Under the pieces are notes generated by a model. The model worked only from the letters and a program-made list of their open reading frames with translations. It had not been told where the DNA came from and did no database searches. Position numbers and translations under genes: made by a program. A DNA stretch of 64,000 bases from Octopus sinensis (taxonomy: Eukaryota): the NCBI RefSeq assembly GCF_006345805.1, contig NC_042999.1:70618001-70682000 (forward strand), given 5' to 3'. Positions 54,620 through 64,000 of this stretch are shown here, piece after piece (position 1 is the first letter of the stretch; every line of letters starts with the position of its first letter).

Positions 54620-57249
54620 CTGCAAAAAGAAAAAAAAAGATGAAAAATATCATTTTTAAGCTTCTCTCAGTCAATATCAATATATTTCAAATGTGGTAAA
54701 TTGGCTGATCTAAGACAAAGAGCACAACTTATACAATAGTCATCACTGCTTATGTTCTGATTCCACCCCACCCACACATTGTCAACTAATTTTCATTCCA
54801 ACTGATTTGGCATAAATACTGGGGTTGATTCACTCAACTACATCCCACTCCTACAAGGAAATTTGTGCTCCAATTCTAATGTGAACATTTATTTATCAGT
54901 TCTCCACAGCAAACAGAATTTCTCTATCATAGCTATTTATAGTTTAGTAGATTGGAACCAGCAATGGGTAAGTGTAATGGTCATCTACAAATGGGCATAC
55001 TATAAACTTAGCTGACCAAAACTCTTGGAATCTTAGCATTAAAGAGAACTAGTTTAAAACATGAAAATAGGTTGGAAGGCAGGAAAAATAGGAGCAATGA
55101 CGGCTAGATGGTCAAGGTGCAAGACTACTGATAATAATGTTATGAGTTCAAACTCTTAACCATTGATGGTATTTTGTCCTCATGTACTGTGTTACAATCT
55201 CTTTTATGATTCCATTCAATACAGATATGTATAACTTTTTATAATTTGGCAATCATACTACTAATCATGTTAAGAAATACTAATGTATTCATGTCAAAAT
55301 GTTGAAACCAGCATAAATGTATTGTTAAACACACAACCACACCTGTGCCCAAATTGGATACATGAAAATGAAACTCTAATGATTACCAGAAAATTACAAT
55401 GAAGGTTACAATTCTCTTTGTTTCAACTTTCAGATATGAATAATTCAATAAGAGAGAGTGTAACACACTTAATTCTTATTCTCATATTAAATTAAATATT
55501 TTATCATCCAAAAGCAAGAAAACAGTCACTGCAAAGGACAACTATGACTATTTTTACCTTTAGTAAACTTAGTAGAAGTAAACATTCCTACCAAATCAGA
55601 ATGTTATGCTCTAACCACAAACAATATTTGCTGCAAGATTAAAAATGTTTATATATACAACAGATTAGATCAACTGTTGTGAGCTAAAATTTTGCCCTTT
55701 TCTAATATTTTCAAAGGTGCCTAATCTAAATTAGATAAAATCGAATTCAATGTTTGTAAAGTATCTAAACTTAAATTAAAGGGCTTAATATCACTTAATA
55801 TAATCATGGGTGTTTATCTGTGTCCAAATTGCACAGATACTCCCTTTCCAAAGGATATGCAACAAATAAGTATTTGGCTCATTGGAAACCTGTAACCAAT
55901 GACACTATTATTTCCAAAATACAAAAATAAATAATTATCCAAAAACAATGCTCATAACAAAACTAATATATTTAAATATTTACACTCAATAGATTACATC
56001 ACAAGTTCTAGGGCCAAAGAAATAATTATAATGTGATAGCAAAAGAGTTGAACTCTTTTTGATACCAACCCTTCTGAGATTGATCCTAATTCTATGTAAC
56101 ATTCCTCCTATCTAAATGAACCCTTTAGAATTCAGATTACTCAATCAAATGTAATATTTATTCTTATTGTTTTGAATTTATTATGCTACATCTCAGAGCT
56201 TTGAGATTTCAATGATGTGATTGTTTATTTTTAGAATGACATAATAGGGTAGGTGTGGGAAGCCAAATCTGGCCAGTTTGAAAATAAAGCAGGTAGAATA
56301 TTTAGACCGGATATGGTTGCTTTAAATGCTAAAGGATTAAAACCTTCCTTCAAAATGTAATGTTAATTTATTTTCCAAAGACCAGCTTAATAACAACAAA
56401 GTTACTTTACTAAATTCTTCATTAATTTCAAAATGTATCTGAAACAAATGCAGTGTATTTCAACAGAAAAGATTAAAACAACACCAAGAACAAAAGTGGA
56501 TTACCTTAATCATAGTATCTTTAGTAACATCACCATCAGAATCAGCATCTTCTCTGTCAGATGTTTGGTCTATTGTGCTTCCATCACCAAATACATCATC
56601 ACCTGCTGATTCAGCTTTGGCACGCTTCTTTGACACTGTTCCAGTAGCATATGGGGTCAGATGAGATTCTTTGTTATAACTCCGTGTGAATGCCGCCTTG
56701 GTCTAGTATAGTAAAAAGACAACATATTTTATTTGTATACATAGTCACAGAGTATAAAAATATCAGTATGAATTTGTGCATGCATATATATATATATATA
56801 TATGAAAAAACAAGCCAAAAATAGAAAATGCTAAGATAATTTTATAGTGAATCTTTCAGTACCGGTTTCGGTCATTTTGAGACCTTTTCAACTGTAACGA
56901 TTAAATAATTAAATTTAGAAAAATTAGAAGAAAAGTTTTTTTAAAAGAATATTTCTGTAGTAGTGTTCAGATATAAGTAGCATTCTGCCTTTCTCTGACT
57001 CCCTTGTTTGCACTTGGGAGTCAGAGAAAGGCAGAATGCTACTTATATCTGAACACTACTACAGAAATATTCTTTTAAAAAAACTTTTCTTCTAATTTTT
57101 CTAAATTTAATTATTTAATCGTTACAGTTGAAAAGGTCTCAAAATGACCGAAACCGGTGCTGAAAGATTCACTATAAAATTATCTTAGCATTTTCTATTT
57201 TTGACTTGTTTTTTTCATATATATCAACTCGTGTGTTCCTTTCCACCCT

Positions 57250-57280
<31 letters not shown>

Positions 57281-60200
57281 ATAATAGATAAACATACATA
57301 ATTATATATATATATATATATATATATACCCACCTCTCTCTCTACACACACACAGACGTATATATCAGGATGTTCAAAAGTTCCTGGCTTTATGGGTATT
57401 GTGAAAGGCCTGGTTGGGGGCCCAAACTTCCAAGTTCTTTTACAGGACTTAGAAAACAGCGTAAGAAGCGTGTGAATTTGAGAAGGGAATACATTCAATA
57501 AAATCATAATTAACTGATCCTCCTGTATTTTCTTTTACCCAAAGCCAGGAACTTTTCAGCACCCCAATGTATGCATATATATTATATGTATACAAACATA
57601 TTCATATGTACACATGCACACAGACAATTATACATTGTTTGTACATCCAATAGATATATTATAGAGGCGTTGTTTTATAATCAAAGGCTCTTCCTGTTGC
57701 TAACCACCACCTGTTTTTTAAGTAATGGATGTATCGAGGTACCAAGCCAGTGGATGATCTGCTGACAGAGTAAATGACACTTGTAACTGAACAATTTTCA
57801 GGGAAACACACATGTAAGAAACACACAAACATACATGCATACACATACAACAAGCTTCTTTCAGTTTTGTCTTCCAAATTCACTCATAAGGCAACTGTAG
57901 AAGACACATGTCCAAGGTGCCCTGTAGTGAGACTGAACATAAAAGCATATAGTTGGAAAATGAACTTTGCAACCACATAGCCATACATGTGTCTATACAT
58001 ACAATTTTATAAAAATATGATTTCAAAATGTTTTTGTTTATGCAATTCTGTGAGATGCTTTGGGATAAACTTCTGCGCAAAGTTTTACTCAAACCAAGTC
58101 TGTTATAAAGATTTTATTAGACAGCACCATGATTAACTTGCATATTATTTCCCACTTCACTAATAGCCTATTGTCCGTTCAACAGAACCAGATCATAGAC
58201 TCAGTGTTATCAATACAGGCCATGATCAAGACATTTGTTTGTTTTTGACTCAGGACAACTGAGCAACAATTACTGAATTTTTCAATCCATTCGTAGACAG
58301 TCTGTAGCAATATTTTCAGTGCCAGACATAAAATCTCTTCAGAGACTTGTTATCTTTTACTTGTTTCAGTCAGTTGACTGTGACCATGCTGGGGCATCAC
58401 TTTGAAAAATTTTAGCCAAACAAATCGACCCCAGTACTTATTCTATAGGATTCTTCTGTCAAACTGCTAAATTACAGGAAAGTAAATGGCCCACCACTGG
58501 TTATCAAGGGTAGTCAGAACACACACACACGATGGGAATCTTTCACTTTCTGTCTACCAAATCCACGCACAAAGCTTTGGTTGGCCCAAGGCAATAGTAG
58601 AAGACACTTGCCCATGCAGTGGGACTGAACACAGAACCATGTTTGTTGGGAAGTAAACTTCTTACCACACAGCCACGCTTGCACCTGTTAAAAACAATAT
58701 ATATATGTGCAAGACAAACATTGCTACTACAATGACTAACTGACAAGAATAACAGGAAGCCTTCAATAAATTATGGCTCCTGAAATACCTTCAGCCCAAA
58801 GAAAAATAATCACTGAATGCTGATTTGCTTTGGAACAAAAGGGGAGTGAAGGAGATTTGGTTAAAGTGATAATAATAATGACATAAATGACATTTCAGGT
58901 TTCAACCTACACTCTTGTAGCTGAACCATGTCAAGTGATATGCATTTTCATCATCATCATTTAAAGTCCTCTTTTCCGTGCTTGCATGGGTCAGATGGAA
59001 TTTGTTGAGGCAGATGCCTTTCCTGTTGACAACTCTCACCTGTTTCAAGGCAAGGTAATATTTCCCATGGCCAGGTATGTTTTACGTAAAAGACTGGAAC
59101 TGAACAACCTCGCTTGCATTACTAAAGACTTGTGAGTAGATTTGGTAGACAGAAACTGAAAGAATCCCATCATGTATGTGTGTGTCTTCTGACCACCACT
59201 TGAAACTAGTGGTGGGCTGTTTACTTGTTGACAACTATCCCATGATGTCAATACCAGAGGACACACAAGTATACACACACACACACACAAAAGACACAAT
59301 AGGCTTCTTCCAGTTTCTGTCAACCAAATCCACTCACAAAGTTTTGATTAGCTTGGAACTAGAGTAGAAGACACTTGCCCAAGGTGCCTCAAAGTGGGAG
59401 TGAACCCAAAACCAAATGGTTAAAAAAGCAAGCTTCTTATCCACACATCTACGCCAGTGCCTGTGCATACAACAGATTTTCTCATCAACACAAATATACA
59501 TTATATATTTCAGGTAATTAATTATCTCCCTGCCATACATTCACACACAAATGCATACTTCCATAAACCAAAGATGTAGACTTAGAATTTTAAATTAAGC
59601 CTTTCTATGGTAACTTTATTACCATGACTAAGTCCATCAAAATCTCATGTTACTCAATATAAACATTATCAAAAAGTTAACCATCTTCTCTTGCTCTGTA
59701 TCTTTCATTCTCTCATATAAAAAGATGATCTCTCTTACATTATTTACTTCATTTTGGCATCTACTGAACACACACAAACTAATGTTTATAATCACATATG
59801 AACTGACACCCCACCCACTATTATCACCACTAGTGAGCTCCTGCAAAACCACACAACCAGTAAGAAACAGCAGTCAAGTCATTCCCAACCAACTTAAAGA
59901 TACATATTAGCTAATCAGGTCAGAAGCACACTTTGCCACAAAAGATGGAAAATGGTCATGGCTAGTGTGTCCTTGATCATAGGTCGGCTCCATTAAGCTT
60001 GTCCATATGTTTAACAACAATAATTATGATAAGGCAAGAATACTTACAGCAGTAGTGAGGCTTTTGGTGTAATCCTTAGAATTAGGCCACTTGGTAATGT
60101 CCATTATATTGTCATAGTCTTCCTTAAGTAAATCATATTTGTCCATCAATGCAATGACTTCAGGTACACCCTCCTTTTGTTGCTCTTGTAGAGGTTTCAC

Positions 60201-62866
60201 GAGGTGTTGCTGAAGACATGGTAGATAATCCAGGTTGAGACCTCTTAGGTCTGCTGAAATACTGAATGGAAGAAACGGCAAAATATTAGGAGAATTATGC
60301 AGGCTCTGGGACAGACACTCTTTTATTCATTTTTCCATGCTTGCCTGTTTACATGTATATATTATCAAGGCATAAGGCAGTGAGCTGGCAGACACATTAG
60401 CACGCCGGGCGAAATGCTTAACAGTATTTTGTCTGTCTTTATGTTCTGAGTTCAAATTCTGCTGAAGTCGACTTTGCCTTTCATCCTTTCGAGGTCGATA
60501 AATTAAGTACCAGTTATGTACTGAGGTCGATCTAATCGACTGGCCTCTTCCCCCAAAATTTCAGGCCTTGTGCCTAGAGTAGAAAAGAATATTATCAAGG
60601 CATTGTTTTACAGCCAGGCACCTTTCCTGCCACAATCTCTTATTTCACATAGCTTTGATGGCAAGAAGTGAATAAATGATTTGGTGACAGAAGTGACAAT
60701 GACAACATTGTGTATTTGTATACATTTGCACTCTACATAAGTCATGAGGTAAAGTGCAAATGTATATAAATACACAAACTCATAAACATACATACATACA
60801 CACATATATTTTACTTATTTCAGTCATTGGACTGAGGTCACACTGGGAAAACCAACACTGGTTGTTAACTGGTGTTGGGAAACAAGCACAATCACACACA
60901 CACACACAAGCTTCTTTCAGTTTCCATCTACCAAATCCACTTGCAATGTGCTGGTTGACCCAGGGCTATAGAAGAAAACACCTGGTCAAGGTGTCATACA
61001 GCAAGACTCAATCTGGAACCATATGATCAAGAGTAATATAATAGAAGGCATAGCAACATGTGTGAAAAAGTGTCACTGGCAGTAAAGTGATGGAGAGCAC
61101 CCTATATTTAACCAAACGTCAGTCCAGGGTCACATATAATCAAAGAAAAGCTTCCTTCATCATCATCATCATCGTTTAACGTCCGCTTTCCATGCTAGCA
61201 TGGGTTGGACGGTTCAACTGGGGTCTGGTAAGCCCGAAGGCTGCACCAGGCCAGTCAGATCTGGCAGTGTTTCTACAGCTGGATGCCCTTACTAACGCCA
61301 ACCACTCCGAGAGTTTTATATGTTTTATTCTCCTTGAGGCCAACTAAGATGGACTATGTAGGACAAAAGAAACATTGACTTTAGTATGCTTTCTAAACAT
61401 CAACTAAGCATCATTCTTACTAGTCTGGAAAAGTTCTTGGTAGTGTTTCCACTACATTAAATATTTTTAAAAAATTTAGATATTGTTGAATATTCTTTTA
61501 CTCACTTTAGTTTCATGTGACCTCCAAGTTCCTGTAAGATACGTTGGTTTTTGTTCTGAGATGAGTATTTCCCAAGCCAACTTGGGAAAGACACCATATA
61601 GTTAACACTGCCTCTCATATATTCACCGGGCAAAACACTAGCGTATACAGCCTGCAAGTAAAAAATATATAAACTTATACACACACACACATATATATAT
61701 AACACAGACAAAAATAAACAATTGCAGTAATTCAAACATCACATTAATGCTACATCACTGGGGTCAATATAATCAACTGTAACCTTCCCTAGCTCAGTTC
61801 CTTTCTAAATGTCATTCTTCAACATATTTTTTTAATGTTTTATGGTTACAATAGTTGGTTTTAGATAATACTACTTGATTAGGTGCAGCTGTTTGAATAC
61901 TAGCAATTTGGTATGGTTGACTGGACATCGAACCTGTTTTAACAACAGTACTTGTTGGCACTGAAAGCAAACACACACAGTATGTGTGTAGAAATATACA
62001 CATACAGATAGAGAGAGTGAGAGAGATAAGAACGGCAATCTATTAACTGAACACAATTGACACAAGCACTTTTCCTCTCCTCATACAGATAAAGAGAAAT
62101 ATACTCACATATAAACAGAGAGGGGGGTAGAGAACAAGAGAAACATGGAAACATCTAATGTCAAATAAGTCAGCATCAAATCAGTGAAGCCACAGAGACA
62201 AAGTGAAAAGAGTTGTGCCAAAATGTCTCATACCCTCAGTTCCATTTCAGTGAAGACAATCAACCATTCTAAAACTCAGGCGACTTTATAGCTAATTTGC
62301 ACTCAGTTTATTGAATTGCATTCTAAGTGAGGAATGGCAAAGTTATTAACAATAACAGAGTGAGAAGACACAGACATTGTGAAACACTGAAAAATAAGTT
62401 AGGATAACATTAATGGTGGTTGTGGTGATTTTACTAATGAATGAACAGGAGTAGAGGAAATATCTGTAGTGTTAAGGGAGGAAGAGTTGATTGTGGTGGC
62501 GGAACAGGAAAGTGTTAAATTGGTAATAGCGGGAGAAATAGTAGCAGGAGAGGAGATTGAGTTGGTGTTAATGTAGCGAATAGTAGTATTGTTAGAGGAG
62601 CATGGTGGTGATAGTGGTAGGGAAGGTGAGCAAAATACTAACATAATAAAAAAAAAAGTGGGGGAAAGAGTAGAATTAAATACTACAAACCAGAATTATT
62701 TATTCCAAAGGAAGTACTAAGTAATAAGAGGGAATATCCTGTACTTACCTCTACCGGAAGTAGACTCCAGTTCTGTCTTTGGCGTATGAGCTTTTCAACA
62801 ATATCTCCATCACAGATACTGTTGGCTGCATGTGCTAACAGAGACAAATGTTTCGCTGTGTTTCCT
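54524..62866 (-). CDS. RFC1: Replication factor C subunit 1, 3' part of gene (5 coding exons; gene continues beyond window end)
   Basis: Exons 62866-62749, 61651-61506, 60261-60048, 56702-56505, 54619-54524 join in frame. RFC1 C-terminal motifs: SICDGDIV, QNWSLLP, YASVLPGEYMRG, FPSWLGK, KAAFTRSYNKESHLTPY, then an acidic and a K-rich tail. Confidence 0.96.
56048..56475. mobile_element. Degenerate TTAA-type MITE (family of 478-699) interrupted by a second TTAA-type MITE at 56121-56336
   Basis: 56341-56470 resembles the reverse complement of 478-699; inner element termini CCCTTTAGAATT / AATGCTAAAGGA, flanked by TGAA and TTAA. Confidence 0.6.
56505..56702 (-). CDS. RFC1: RFC1 exon (TKAAFTRSYNKESHLTPY...DVTKDTMIK)
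   Basis: tactag acceptor, AAG|gtaatc donor, 198 nt phase 0/0; absent from the ORF track. Confidence 0.94.
56850..56902 (-). ncRNA. Putative minimal type I hammerhead ribozyme (U3-A8 variant, GUA cleavage triplet)
   Basis: Minus strand: AAUCGUUACAG / UUGAAAA / GGUC-UCAAAAU-GACC / GAAA / CCGG / UA / CUGAAAGAUU. Confidence 0.72.
57117..57169 (+). ncRNA. Mirror copy of the hammerhead motif with GUG (predicted non-cleavable) triplet
   Basis: Identical to 56850-56902 except G at position 17 (57159). Confidence 0.6.
57366..57567. mobile_element. Mariner-like MITE
   Basis: Imperfect TIRs GGATGTTCAAAAGTTCCTGGCTTT / AAAGCCAGGAACTTTTCAGCACCC. Confidence 0.7.
60048..60261 (-). CDS. RFC1: RFC1 exon (ISADLRGLNLDYL...MDKYDLLKEDYDNIMDITKW...TTA)
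   Basis: attcag acceptor, GCT|gtaagt donor. Confidence 0.95.
60374..60588 (+). mobile_element. Full-length SINE with perfect 15-bp TSD
   Basis: ATATTATCAAGGCAT at 60359-60373 and 60589-60603; tRNA-like head with GAGTTCAAATTC B-box-like motif; homolog at 44926-45128. Confidence 0.9.
61506..61651 (-). CDS. RFC1: RFC1 exon (AVYASVLPGEYMRG...FPSWLGKYSSQNKNQRILQELGGHMKL)
   Basis: ttgcag acceptor, AA|gtgagt donor. Confidence 0.95.
62749..62866 (-). CDS. RFC1: RFC1 exon (GNTAKHLSLLAHAANSICDGD...QNWSLLPVE)
   Basis: ttatag acceptor and GAG|gtaagt donor on minus strand. Confidence 0.94.
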
Positions 62867-64000
62867 CTATAACAACAAAAATAAAAGAAATCTGTAGGCA
62901 TTTTTATTTTGATGTATCAAGTGTCAATTATAGCCCACTTAAAAAGTTTCATATACATTTTATTGTTAATAAATATAAAAATAAATGTTATATGTCTAAA
63001 GGTTCAGTGGTATGATACTTAAAAAGGATATACACTGAGAGTTTAAAATACATGCCATCATTATATGCAATTCATTATTAATAAAAGAAATGATAATATT
63101 GATTATAAGTACAATTATTAAGTTAAGGTCAGTTGTCTTTAATGGGTTGGTTGAGGTTGATGTAATCAACTAACACCAACCTGCTAAAATTTCTGGTCTT
63201 CTGCCTAAAATTTGAAACCATTATAATCATTCTTCTTCTTTTTATTATAATTATTATTATTACACTCTCAGTTGAAATTCCACCAATGCCGATTTTGCCT
63301 TTCATCCTATTTGGGGTCAATGAAATAAGTACCAGTTGAGTACTGGGTCAATATAATCAACTATCCCCCTCTTCCAAATTTCAGGCCTTGTGCCTATAGT
63401 AGAAAGGATAATTAGAGTGTTGAACAATGTCTTGTTGCATTTGTTCCAGATTTTTATGTTCTAAGTTCAAATCCTACTGATGCCAACTTTGCCTTTCATC
63501 CTTACTGGGCCAATGGAATCAAGTATCTTTCAAATACTGGGATCAATTTAATAAAACTGGCTCTCAACAGCCAAACTTGTATTCTTGTACTTATGTTTGA
63601 AATTATTATTATTATTATTATTAAGTAGTAGTAGTTGTAGTAAATTGGAAGAAAATGGATGGTATCAAAAGGGTTGACGTAATTTTCCTGAGCTAAGTTA
63701 GTGTAATACAATATATGACAAGGCTCTACCTTTGAATGAAGGTACAACCCAACCAATGAGCTTTCAGTTTCCACCTACCCAATTTCACTCCCAAAGCATG
63801 CATCAACCCAAAGCCAAGTAAAGACCTTTGCTTAACCCATTGCCTACCATGAGCCCCATTTGGGGATCTGCTAAAAAGAGCCTCACTGCCAGTTGTTCAT
63901 TGTATTTAAAGTGAATTGCTTATGTACAGTGCACTTGCAGAGGTGTGTTTAATAAAATTTAGTAGTTAAAGTTTGTCATTATTAGCTCTGGTTAATTCTA

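Larger units (their letters stand above)
56796..57224. repeat. Near-perfect fold-back palindrome, ~208-bp arms, 12-nt loop
   Basis: 56796-57003 versus 57016-57224; two substitutions and one A-run length difference seen. Confidence 0.96.

Noticed and set aside
62399-62644. Ser/Thr/Pro-rich 81-aa ORF in RFC1 sense
   Set aside because: Low-complexity intronic sequence; the flanking RFC1 exons already join in phase with no gap in the protein

Overview
AT-rich, repeat-dense eukaryotic DNA, most likely a cephalopod (Octopus-like SINE/LINE families and very long (TA)n tracts; the organism is an inference). Two spliced genes converge tail-to-tail. On the + strand are the last eight coding exons of aspartyl/asparaginyl beta-hydroxylase (ASPH; TPR region plus 2OG-Fe(II) catalytic domain, 5300-48738), including a 27-kb intron. 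On the - strand are the last five coding exons of replication factor C subunit 1 (RFC1, 62866-54524). All exon phases join correctly with GT-AG boundaries. Introns hold Tc1/mariner remnants, TTAA (piggyBac-like) and TA MITEs, tRNA-derived SINEs, CR1-type, RTE-type and R4-type LINE fragments, a solo LTR with a 5-bp TSD, and about 7.4 kb of (TA)n/TATG microsatellite interleaved with LINEs. The most notable signal is a set of long fold-back palindromes. Two contain minimal type I hammerhead-ribozyme motifs of the Penelope-like kind with compensated catalytic cores (U3-A8 and G3-C8). Nearly all ORFs in the supplied track are microsatellite or transposon noise.
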